This document shows, one piece after another, positions 35,104 through 43,264 of a DNA stretch of 64,000 bases; within the stretch, counting starts at the first letter, position 1, and every line of letters begins with the position of its first letter. The DNA comes from Gemmatimonadota bacterium (GTDB lineage: Bacteria; Gemmatimonadota; Gemmatimonadetes; Longimicrobiales; Gaopeijiaceae). The stretch is from the NCBI GenBank assembly GCA_003562075.1, contig PWWP01000111.1, positions 5,793 to 69,792 of the forward strand, in the 5' to 3' direction. The notes beneath the pieces were generated by a model. It made no database searches. It was not told the DNA's origin and saw only the letters and a program-made list of their open reading frames with translations. A program made the position numbers and the translations under genes.

Positions 35104-35832
35104 ATGTCGTTGAGAGCAGTGCGTTGGGGAGGAATCGGACTGGGGGTCCTGGGTGTGGGGCTCACCATCCTCTTTCACTGGCAGGTCTTCTTCTGGGTCC
35201 CCACCGAGGCCAGCATGGGGATCGTGCAGCGGATCTTCTACATCCACCTTCCGGCGGCTTGGGTGGCCTTCTTTGCTTTCGGGATCGTGGCCATCTGCAG
35301 CGCCGTGTATCTCTGGCTCGGAGAAGAGAAGGTGGATCATGCAGCCCGAGCTGCAGCGGAAGGGGGAATGATCTTCACCACCATCGTCCTTACCTCCGGG
35401 CCCCTCTGGGCCCGGCTTGCCTGGGGAACCTGGTGGACCTGGGAGCCTCGCCTCACCCTGACCCTTCTGCTCTGGTTCATCTACCTGGGTTACTTCCTGG
35501 TCCGAAGCTCCACGGAGAATCGAGAACGAGGGCGGAAGTTTGCTGCAGTGGTGGGGATCGTGGGGGCGCTGAACATCCCCCTCATCCACATGAGCGTGCT
35601 CTGGTTTCGATCGCTCCATCCCCAGCCGGTGGTGGCCCGGACCGACGGTCCGCAGCTCCACCCGGACATGGCCACCACCGTCTTCACCGCACTGGGCGCG
35701 TGGACCCTGGTCTTCCTGTCCCTCTTCCTCCTCCGCTACGGGGTGGCCCGCCTGGAGGCCCAGGCGGAGCGCCGGGAAGCGGAAGGCAGGGGGATGGCCC
35801 CTTCTCCTCAACCGGGAATGACGGCCCCATGA
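35104..35832 (+). CDS. ccmC: Heme exporter protein CcmC
   Basis: 242 aa polytopic protein with the WWD-type motif WGTWWTWEPRLT. Confidence 0.85.
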   Translation: MSLRAVRWGGIGLGVLGVGLTILFHWQVFFWVPTEASMGIVQRIFYIHLPAAWVAFFAFGIVAICSAVYLWLGEEKVDHAARAAAEGGMIFTTIVLTSGPLWARLAWGTWWTWEPRLTLTLLLWFIYLGYFLVRSSTENRERGRKFAAVVGIVGALNIPLIHMSVLWFRSLHPQPVVARTDGPQLHPDMATTVFTALGAWTLVFLSLFLLRYGVARLEAQAERREAEGRGMAPSPQPGMTAP

Positions 35833-36095
35833 ACCCTTTTTCTCCGGATCCCATGTTGAACCGTGGTCTTCTGACCCCCCTTCTCGTTCTCCTCCTGGGT
35901 GGCGCAGCCTTCCTGGTTCCCGGCCTGCTGGAGGCACAGGCCCAGGCTACCGGCCAGCCACCGGAAGGAGCCCGGCAGATGCGCCACTTCTGGCACGTCT
36001 TCATTGCCTTCGGGATCGCCTGGCTCCTCCTCTTCGGGTGGGCTGTCTCCATCGCGCGACGCCTTGCCCGGGTAGAGGAGAAGCTGCAGCGGTGA
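35829..36095 (+). CDS. CcmD-like small membrane protein (tentative)
   Basis: An 88-aa reading frame starts at ATG 35829, overlapping the ccmC stop (ATGA). The TM segment is [26 protein letters not shown]. Only the last 88 codons of the 585-aa track ORF 34338..36095 are plausible. Confidence 0.45.
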   Translation: MNPFSPDPMLNRGLLTPLLVLLLGGAAFLVPGLLEAQAQATGQPPEGARQMRHFWHVFIAFGIAWLLLFGWAVSIARRLARVEEKLQR

Positions 36096-37123
36096 TCGAC
36101 TTTCTCAGCGATACCGTGACCCGGCCCACCCCGGGGATGCGAGAAGCCATGGCCACGGCGGAGGTGGGGGACGACTGTTTCGGGGAGGACCCCACCGTCA
36201 AAGCCCTGGAGGTCGAGGTGGCTCGACTCCTGGGAAAGGAGCGGGCCCTCTTCTTCCCCTCAGGGACCATGGCGAATCAGACGGCCATCCTGGCCCAGAC
36301 CGAACCGGGGCAGGAAATCCTGGTCGAGGCACGCTCCCACCTGGTCCACTACGAGGAGGGGTCGCTGGCGGTTCACGGTGGCCTGCTGTTGCGTCAGATC
36401 CCGGCGGCCGGGGGCATCCTGGCCACGGAGGAGCTGGAGTCGGCTCTCCGACCCCCCTCTCCGTACCAACCCCGGACCGCTCTTCTGGCCCTGGAGAACA
36501 CCCATCTGGGCTCGGGTGGCCAGCCCATGACACCCCAGAGGACCGCCGAGTTGGCGGATCGGGCCCGGAGGGCAGGATTGGCTGTGCACCTGGATGGAGC
36601 CCGCCTCTGGAATGCCGCCGTGGCTCTGGGTGTTCCCCTTTCCGAGCTGACGGCTCCGGTGGACACGGTCATGACCTGCCTCTCCAAGGGGCTGGGTGCG
36701 CCTGTGGGCTCGCTCTTCAGCGGACCGGAGGAGGTGGTGGAGCGAGCGTGGCGGATTCGGAGACGGCTGGGAGGGCAGATGCGGCAGGCCGGACATCTGG
36801 CGGCAGCAGGACTCTTTGCCCTGGAGCATCACCTTCCTCTCCTGGAGGAGGACCATGGCCGAGCCAAGGCGCTGGCCCGGGGCCTGGGGGTGCTGGAGGG
36901 GGTCACCGTTCCCACTCCCCGCACGAACGTGGTCATGGTGGAGCTGGATCCCTCCGAGCTCGAGGTAGAAGAGGTACTCGAGGGCCTGGCACGGCGAGGG
37001 GTGCGAATGGGACCCTTCGGCCCGAACCGGATCCGGGCGGTTCTCCACCTGGAGATCCACGACGCCCATGTGGAGGAGGCGGTGGCCGCGTTCCGGGAGG
37101 CGCTCACTTCCGCCGGGTCGTGA
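36092..37123 (+). CDS. ltaE: Low-specificity L-threonine aldolase
   Basis: The GTG start at 36092 overlaps the upstream stop (GTGA). Motifs are [23 protein letters not shown] and the PLP-lysine motif [12 protein letters not shown]. 343 aa. Confidence 0.85.
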   Translation: MIDFLSDTVTRPTPGMREAMATAEVGDDCFGEDPTVKALEVEVARLLGKERALFFPSGTMANQTAILAQTEPGQEILVEARSHLVHYEEGSLAVHGGLLLRQIPAAGGILATEELESALRPPSPYQPRTALLALENTHLGSGGQPMTPQRTAELADRARRAGLAVHLDGARLWNAAVALGVPLSELTAPVDTVMTCLSKGLGAPVGSLFSGPEEVVERAWRIRRRLGGQMRQAGHLAAAGLFALEHHLPLLEEDHGRAKALARGLGVLEGVTVPTPRTNVVMVELDPSELEVEEVLEGLARRGVRMGPFGPNRIRAVLHLEIHDAHVEEAVAAFREALTSAGS

Positions 37124-37637
37124 AGAGCCACCCCCGACGGATGCTCCGTGGCTCCTCCACGGAGATGAAGGCGCCGGCGTCCACGGACTCCACCACCTTC
37201 AGGACCTGATTGAGCTGCCGCCGCTTCACCAGGGTCAGAAGGAGCTCCACCTTCCCCTCGCGACCATAGCCGGCGAATTCGGTGACTCCGAAACCCTCCT
37301 CCCGGAGGGCATGGGCCACGTCCGGTCCTCCCGTCCGAGAGATGATCCGGATGGAGGCAAGTCCCATGGCCAGCTTCCCCTCGAGCCAGAGCCCTACCAG
37401 GCTCCCACTGGCGAAGCCGCCGGCGTACCCCAGAAGGTGCCAGACCGAATCGAGGTTCTGGATGGCGACGCCTACGGCCAGGACCCAGATGAGGGCCTCG
37501 AAGAATCCGATGAAGGGCACGGCCAGCCGCTGGTTTCGCATAACCAGGAGCATGCGAAGCGTGGCCAGGGTCACATCGATGATGCGAAGCCCGAAGATGA
37601 GGACCGGACCCCAGGGCCCTGCGAAGAGTTCAGCCAT
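37104..37637 (-). CDS. UPF0316/DUF2179-family membrane protein
   Basis: Start set at ATG 37637 (MAELFAGPWGPVLIFGLRIIDVTLATLR). Three TM helices precede a C-terminal DUF2179-like soluble domain. The 3' end overlaps ltaE by 20 nt (convergent). Confidence 0.7.
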   Translation of the reverse strand: MAELFAGPWGPVLIFGLRIIDVTLATLRMLLVMRNQRLAVPFIGFFEALIWVLAVGVAIQNLDSVWHLLGYAGGFASGSLVGLWLEGKLAMGLASIRIISRTGGPDVAHALREEGFGVTEFAGYGREGKVELLLTLVKRRQLNQVLKVVESVDAGAFISVEEPRSIRRGWLFTTRRK

Positions 37638-37652
37638 GTAGGGAAGCGAAGA

Positions 37653-37998
37653 GGCCGTTGAAGAAGTACCGGGCGCCACCGTTGGGAGCGCCAAGGAGCC
37701 ACGTCGTAGGCGGCGACCAGCAGGCACAGCGAAAGCTACGTATAGGGGAGCCAACGAGCGAGGGGCTCCCTGCCACCCCAACCGAGCGGCTGGGATCGTG
37801 GCGCCGCAAAGCGCTGTGGTTCAGTCGTCCGCGAGACCTCCGAGCAGTGCACAGGAGAACCCGAAGGGTGACGTGGAGGTGCGGGCCGGGATCTTCGTTG
37901 GAGTTCCTCACCGATGCTATCGCATCGCTGCCGGACCTCTGCCTCGACCCGGACTCGCAAGACCCCGTCGCGATGGTCCCTGTACGTCTTCAACGGCC
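37653..37998. other. 346-nt element closed by a 17-nt inverted repeat (candidate structured RNA or MITE-like element)
   Basis: ggccgttgaagaagtac (37653-37669) pairs with gtacgtcttcaacggcc (37982-37998), 16/17 complementary. Internal hairpins: 37672-76/37688-92, 37746-52/37764-70, 37801-04/37811-14 and 37912-17/37922-27. No convincing ORF is present. Confidence 0.3.
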
Positions 37999-38116
37999 TT
38001 CCAAGGGTCGGATGCTACAGGGAAAGGAGGACGGAGAGGGGGCAGTGCGTCCTGGCTGTGGTTGGGTCGTGTACTTCCTGGCGGTGCCTGCCCTTCGGTT
38101 CGCTGGGCTGCTCTGG

Positions 38117-38551
38117 TCAGGAGAGGGCTTGCAGAACGGCCATGGCCGCACCGCGGGCCACCTGTTTTCCCGGCATTTCCACGGCTCCGATGAGATCCTG
38201 CTTCTGGCCGCCGGAGCGGATCCGCACTGCTGCAATGATGATCCGGGCATCGAAGGCCCGGACCTCCTTGGTTCCACGCAACTCCAGAGTCCGCTCCGAA
38301 TCCGCAAGGCTCCCAGCCACGGCTCGTACCGCCGCTCGTGCCCCAGCCTGGGCCAGTCCCGGGGGGGTGTCCAGAGTGGTGGCTTCACCTACTTCGCCCC
38401 CGACCAGCCGGACCCGGACCAGACAGGACCCATCCCGATCTCGCTGCACCTCCACCCCGTCCAGTTCCAGGGGGGTACCCCGGCGTCGGTCTCTCACCGG
38501 GAGGGAGCGCCGACTCTCTTTCGAATCGGAAGCGGACGAGGGGCGGGACAT
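38117..38551 (-). CDS. Hypothetical protein (no recognisable family)
   Basis: 144 aa from ATG 38551. Globular-looking sequence (LVRVRLVGGEVGEATT, RIIIAAVRIRSGG, ARGAAMAVLQAL) with a basic Ser-rich N-terminus. High third-position GC. Confidence 0.45.
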   Translation of the reverse strand: MSRPSSASDSKESRRSLPVRDRRRGTPLELDGVEVQRDRDGSCLVRVRLVGGEVGEATTLDTPPGLAQAGARAAVRAVAGSLADSERTLELRGTKEVRAFDARIIIAAVRIRSGGQKQDLIGAVEMPGKQVARGAAMAVLQALS

Positions 38552-38654
38552 GGAGGCAGGTGGAGGTTGAAGAACGGGTGGACTGGCGAAGGTGCCCCGG
38601 TGTCGACCCCGGTCTGGAGCCGACACCGGGGGCCTTTCACGGGGTCTCGGGTCG

Positions 38655-39200
38655 TCAGAAGTGATAGTGGACACCGAGGCCCAGTGTGACCCAGTTGGCC
38701 CGAAAGCCGTCTCCGGCGTCGTGGGTCATGAAACCAAGGTGGGGCACCAGGTAGAGGCTCTGGGCCACCGGCATGTCGATTCCAGCGCCGGCCTCGAATC
38801 CCAGGTTCCGGTCCCGGGAGGAATCATCTGTGGAGAGCCGATTGGCCAGGAGCCCAGCCCGGCCCCAGATGAGGGCGTCGGGGGGGCTGGGAAAGATGTA
38901 CTTCAGGCCTGCGTTTAGCCCTGAGCTCCGCGGGTTGGGGCCCAGGTCACAGTCCGAGTCACAGGAGAATGCATGGCGGTTCAGGCCTACGTAGGCCGTC
39001 ACGTTCCGCTGGAAGGTGAACTGGGCTTCAGCGCCCAGGGAGAGGCCGGCCTCGGCCCCCTGGCTGGAGAGGTCTCCGGTGGGGAAGGTGACGCCGGCTC
39101 GACCCTCACCGGCGATCTGGATTTGCCCCCACGCATGGGAGGGCATGAAAAGGAAGCTGCCTGCCAGGAGAAGGGCGACCACTGCAGATCGCGATCTCAT
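38655..39200 (-). CDS. Outer-membrane beta-barrel protein (OmpA-like/OmpW-like porin family)
   Basis: Start at ATG 39200. The signal peptide is MRSRSAVVALLLAGSFLFMPSHAWG. Amphipathic strands alternate and the C-terminus is GLGVHYHF, ending in Phe. Confidence 0.7.
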   Translation of the reverse strand: MRSRSAVVALLLAGSFLFMPSHAWGQIQIAGEGRAGVTFPTGDLSSQGAEAGLSLGAEAQFTFQRNVTAYVGLNRHAFSCDSDCDLGPNPRSSGLNAGLKYIFPSPPDALIWGRAGLLANRLSTDDSSRDRNLGFEAGAGIDMPVAQSLYLVPHLGFMTHDAGDGFRANWVTLGLGVHYHF

Positions 39201-39469
39201 CGGGACGCTCCTATCAGAGTTGTGCACTTGGAGGTGAAGAAGACGGGGCGAGCCCATCTTCAGGCCCTGAAGGTACTGCTCCCCCGGATCTCTTACACGA
39301 ATCGTGCCGGATTCGGCCCGGCAATGGTAGGCGAGAGGAGGTCCGGGCGTGACGGGTCATTTTGCGGGAGCCCATCCCCTGGGCCACAGCTCCATCCCGG
39401 AAAGATTGACAGGGGCCTGGGGAAGAGAGTTCCGGGTAGAACGTGGGAGGGGGGCGGACCCGCTGGTCG

Positions 39470-40870
39470 TCAGGCAACCGTGGCCGCCAGGGGGAGATCT
39501 GCTGGGCGGTCCACATCCGACAGGACCGGGAGGGTGACCACCTCCAGCCCGGCGGCCTGGGCCTCCTCCAGGCTCCGGTCCAGGACTTTTCCGGTGCTCC
39601 ACGGGATCTCCCGGAAAAGGGCAGGCGCGGGCCGACGGAGACCCAGGAGGTAATACCCGCCGTCGCGGGCGGGCCCGAAGACTGCATCGACCTGCTTCAG
39701 GGCCTGAAACGCCTCGGTGACGCGAGCGGCATCCAGGTCAGGTGCGTCGGTGCCGACGACGCAGGCTCGATCCGCCTCCCGAAGAGCCTGGTGGAGGACC
39801 TGCTCCATCCGATCTCCCAGGTCGCCAGATCCCTGGGGCTGAAACTCCAAGCCTTCCTCCCCCAGCCACTGGACGATCTCGGACTCTCCTTCCGGTGGGT
39901 CGAAACAGATCCGGATCCGGTAGGAACCGCCCCGAAGCTGGTCCACCACCTGACGGCCCATTCGCCGGTAGAGAGCGGCGGCGCCTTCATGGCCCAGGGC
40001 CCCGGCCAGGCGCGTCTTCACCTGGCCTGCCCGGGGAGCCTTGACGAAGACGAGGAGGAGAGGAGGGGCCCCGTCTGTACCGCCCCCGGTCCGCGGTACT
40101 GGGTTCCTCCCGGCGGCGGCAGGTTTGTCGGCAGGCACGAGGTAGTCCCGGTTCCGAGATGGATACCAGCGGGCCAGCCGCTGGGCAGGCACGCCGGCAA
40201 GGAAGAGGGAGATGAGGAATGCATTCCTCGCGATTCCCGGTAGGACTCCCAGGGCCCGGTACCGCCGGGGGCTGGTCAGGATAGGAGCAGGGATGGCGCT
40301 GACCCCACCGGCTCGGCGAAGGTGCCGGATGGCGGCCACATCTTCCATGATGGGGAGCTCCGGGATTCCTCCCATCTCATCCCACCGTCGTCGGGAGAGG
40401 AGGAGGCCCTGGTCCCCGTAGGCCAATCCGGTCAGACGTTCACGGATCCGTTGTCCAAGTTCAATGATGGACCAGCCCAGTCCCTGGGTATCGAGACGAA
40501 AGCGGAAGTAGCCGGCTTCGGATGAGGGTGGGTCGGAAAGCCAGTCCTGGAGCGTTGCTCGGGTCAGTGGAGGAATACGGGAGTCGGCGTGGAGGAAGAG
40601 AAGCCAGGGCGTGGCCAGGCTGGCGGCTCCCACATTCATCTGAATGGCCCGTCCCGGAGGAGCTGCCAGGGTTCGGACGCCCAGCGCTCGAGCCACCTTC
40701 ACCGTCCCATCTTTCGATCCTCCGTCCACCACCACGATCCGAGGCGATGGGTCTAGCTGCGAGAGATCGTCCAGGAGATGGGGGAGCGCATCCTCCTCGT
40801 TCAGGGTGGGGATGATCACCCCGAGGGACTGTGGCTCGGATTCCTTCCTCTCCTGGCTGGTCCCGGTCAT
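39470..40870 (-). CDS. Fusion of a family-2 glycosyltransferase-like domain and a DUF2064 (nucleotidyltransferase-like) domain
   Basis: 466 aa. N-terminal half: VIIPTLNEEDALP, IVVVDGGSKDGT, GRAIQMNVGA, LLFLHADS. C-terminal half: LLLVFVKAPRAGQVKTRL, VGTDAPDL, GPARDGGYYLLG. Confidence 0.75.
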   Translation of the reverse strand: MTGTSQERKESEPQSLGVIIPTLNEEDALPHLLDDLSQLDPSPRIVVVDGGSKDGTVKVARALGVRTLAAPPGRAIQMNVGAASLATPWLLFLHADSRIPPLTRATLQDWLSDPPSSEAGYFRFRLDTQGLGWSIIELGQRIRERLTGLAYGDQGLLLSRRRWDEMGGIPELPIMEDVAAIRHLRRAGGVSAIPAPILTSPRRYRALGVLPGIARNAFLISLFLAGVPAQRLARWYPSRNRDYLVPADKPAAAGRNPVPRTGGGTDGAPPLLLVFVKAPRAGQVKTRLAGALGHEGAAALYRRMGRQVVDQLRGGSYRIRICFDPPEGESEIVQWLGEEGLEFQPQGSGDLGDRMEQVLHQALREADRACVVGTDAPDLDAARVTEAFQALKQVDAVFGPARDGGYYLLGLRRPAPALFREIPWSTGKVLDRSLEEAQAAGLEVVTLPVLSDVDRPADLPLAATVA

Positions 40871-41754
40871 GGCTGCGTGTCGTTCAGCGTCCAGTCGTAA
40901 TCGAAGAACTCCACGCGAGTCTCAGGAGCCAGCACCAGCTCGCGGCGTTCAGGGTCCAGGTAGTCGGCGAAGAACTCCTTCAGCCCCTCGTGACCACCAA
41001 AGTCCTCTGCATACCAGTCCATGACCCGGTTCAACCGAAGGATGGGTGGATCGCCCTCCTGGAGCTGGAAATCGTTCTTTCCGGCCATGAGATGGCGGAC
41101 GGCCCGATCGAGCTGGGCGTCCAGCTCCGGTCCGGTGTAGGCCATGGGCCATACGGGAGGACAACTACGGGCTGCACAGTTCACGGCGAAGTGGATCCGG
41201 GGTTCATCGAATCGAGGACGGATGATCTCGTGCTCGATCTCGTCCTGGGAGCGGTGGGCCCCTGCTACGGGACAGTGATCGCGGGTGAAGACATCCCGGA
41301 TCTGCCACACCGAGTTGTCCGGGTACCCGGCGACCCGGATTCGGATGCGGCCAAAGAGTCCTGCCCGGCCGGTCTCGATGGGATAGTGATCGATGACCAG
41401 GCGGAGCATGCAGGCGTTGTAGGCATTGATCCAGAACGCCAGCTGATCCTCCCGGGGGGCGGCTTCGAGGCTCGACTCGGAGGTGCGGTACAGCGCGTCC
41501 ACGTAGCGATCCAGCCCGTCCCGGTTTTCCTGCAGGTGTTGGTAGTCCACCAGGGGCATCCGCACGACCTCGTCCAGCACCCGGGTGAAGTCCTCGTGGT
41601 CCGGGAGTTCCTGACCGGAAAGCTCGCCTGGGACCAGAGGTGCCAGAGGCACCAGGATCAGGAAGAGAAGGGAGAAGGTTCTTCCGGAAGGAAGGGGGGG
41701 ACGTCGTGGCATGGGCAGGCAGTTGGCGAGAAGAGGTCGGTGTGCGAGAGACAT
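40867..41754 (-). CDS. DUF547-domain protein with signal peptide
   Basis: 295 aa with AFWINAYNACML and RIHFAVNCAARSCPP, typical of DUF547. ATGA-type overlap with the downstream transferase gene at 40867-40870. Confidence 0.75.
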   Translation of the reverse strand: MSLAHRPLLANCLPMPRRPPLPSGRTFSLLFLILVPLAPLVPGELSGQELPDHEDFTRVLDEVVRMPLVDYQHLQENRDGLDRYVDALYRTSESSLEAAPREDQLAFWINAYNACMLRLVIDHYPIETGRAGLFGRIRIRVAGYPDNSVWQIRDVFTRDHCPVAGAHRSQDEIEHEIIRPRFDEPRIHFAVNCAARSCPPVWPMAYTGPELDAQLDRAVRHLMAGKNDFQLQEGDPPILRLNRVMDWYAEDFGGHEGLKEFFADYLDPERRELVLAPETRVEFFDYDWTLNDTQP

Positions 41755-42125
41755 TTGCTCCTACCCGGAGAATAGATGGAGGATTCCTCTTGTTCCCGCC
41801 GGCTCCCCGGGGAAGCCCGGGGTATGGGGCCAGACCAGGTCAAGGCTCATGAGGAGGCGAGTCCCCCGAGCGTGGTAGCGCGCTCTCAGGAATGCCCATC
41901 CAGGCATTTCGACGACCTTCGTGTCTTCCTACCTTCCACTTCGAGCCCATGAGAATATGGATCCGGTTCTCAGGGAACAGCGAGCTGCTCGAGGGGCTCG
42001 ATTCCAGTACTTTCGCATTCTGTTCGGTTCGGGTACTTTGTATGGAGGCGGCGATGAGCCACTCCGGCCCGGAGTCGGTGGCGACCCCCTCGGTCAACCC
42101 TTCACCACAACGCAGGGAAGCATAC

Positions 42126-43172
42126 ATGGCGACGGCGGAGATCAGTGCGCAGAAGAAGAAGGATCTGGATACGGCTCTCAACCAGATCGAGCGTGCCCAT
42201 GGAAAGGGAGCCATCATGCGGATGGGGGTGGACGGCGCCCGGATCCAGGTGGAGTCCATTCCCACCGGTGCGGTGAATCTGGACTCGGCTATCGGCATCG
42301 GAGGGATGCCCAGGGGCCGAATCTCGGAGGTCTATGGGCCCGAGTCGTCGGGGAAGACGACTCTTTGTCTACACATCATCGCCAACGCCCAGAAGAATGG
42401 CGGGGTGGCTGCCTTCATCGACGCCGAGCATGCTCTGGACGTCCAGTACGCAAAGAAGCTGGGTGTGGATGTGGACAATCTCCTGGTCTCCCAGCCTGAT
42501 ACGGGAGAGCAGGCCCTTGAGATCGCCGAGGTTCTGATCCGCTCCAACGCAGTGGAGGTGGTGGTCATCGACTCGGTGGCGGCATTGGTGCCCAAGGCGG
42601 AGATCGAAGGGGAGATGGGGGATTCCCATGTCGGGCTCCAGGCCCGGCTCATGAGCCAGGCCCTCCGAAAGCTCACCGGGGCGGTGAATCGGTCTCATAC
42701 CTCCGTCATCTTCACCAACCAGATCAGGGAGAAGGTGGGGGTCATGTTCGGGAATCCGGAGACCACCTCTGGTGGGCGGGCGCTGAAGTTCTACGCGTCC
42801 CTTCGTCTGGACATCCGGCGGATCGGGGCTATCAAGGACGGACAGGACCTGGTAGGGAATCGGACCCGGGTGAAGGTCGTCAAGAACAAGTGTGCCCCAC
42901 CCTTCAAGCAGGCCGAATTCGACATCATGTACAATGAAGGGATTTCCCATACCAGTCTGCTGTTGGATCTGGGGAGCGACCTGGATATCGTCCAGAAGTC
43001 TGGGGCCTGGTATTCGTATGGTGATCTTCGTCTGGGTCAGGGGAAGGAGAACGCACGCCAGTTCCTCCTGGAGAATGAGGATGTGGCTCAGGAGATCGAT
43101 GTCCGGCTGAGGCGAGAGATGGGGCTCTTGAAAGAGGAGCAAGACGAGGAGGAGGAGGAAGACGAGAGCTGA
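42126..43172 (+). CDS. recA: Recombinase A
   Basis: Start set at ATG 42126. Walker A is GPESSGKTT, and [10 protein letters not shown] and the L1/L2 pattern are present. The acidic tail is [12 protein letters not shown]. 348 aa. Confidence 0.97.
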   Translation: MATAEISAQKKKDLDTALNQIERAHGKGAIMRMGVDGARIQVESIPTGAVNLDSAIGIGGMPRGRISEVYGPESSGKTTLCLHIIANAQKNGGVAAFIDAEHALDVQYAKKLGVDVDNLLVSQPDTGEQALEIAEVLIRSNAVEVVVIDSVAALVPKAEIEGEMGDSHVGLQARLMSQALRKLTGAVNRSHTSVIFTNQIREKVGVMFGNPETTSGGRALKFYASLRLDIRRIGAIKDGQDLVGNRTRVKVVKNKCAPPFKQAEFDIMYNEGISHTSLLLDLGSDLDIVQKSGAWYSYGDLRLGQGKENARQFLLENEDVAQEIDVRLRREMGLLKEEQDEEEEEDES

Positions 43173-43264
43173 CCCTCGCCGTTGAGCCACCTCCGGTCCG
43201 GCGGTTATGTTGCGGGCTCGCAGAGGAGATCGATCCAGCCCGGCCGGAGGGCCGAAGCGAGTCC

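Noticed and set aside
34338-35828. The N-terminal 497 codons of the 585-aa track ORF 34338..36095
   Set aside because: This part runs out of frame through ccmA, ccmB and ccmC, which all have family motifs. Only the last 88 codons, from ATG 35829, are plausible as a CcmD-like gene.
37736-37993. 85-aa TTG-initiated minus-strand ORF inside the structured gap
   Set aside because: Only the first ~30 codons show coding-like third-position bias. The remainder is Pro/Ser/Arg-rich and unprotein-like, and there is no ribosome-binding site or known motif.
37653-37998. Possible RNase P RNA. The element is about 346 nt with a long closing helix. The minus strand has AGUCCGGG near the 5' end and CCCGG just before the 3' closing strand. 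The plus strand has CAGUGCACAGGAGAAC and AAGGGUGA...GGUGCGG, which resemble J11/12-P13 motifs.
   Set aside because: The P4-like and specificity-domain-like matches lie on opposite strands. The universal GAGGAAAGUCCGGGCUC and ACAGAACCCGGCUUA blocks are not present on either strand. Short 8-nt matches are expected by chance in 64 kb. A covariance-model search is needed before any such call.
43173-43264. Possible T-box leader upstream of alaS
   Set aside because: The gap is only 92 nt, with no specifier-loop or T-box sequence. It is too short for a T-box riboswitch.
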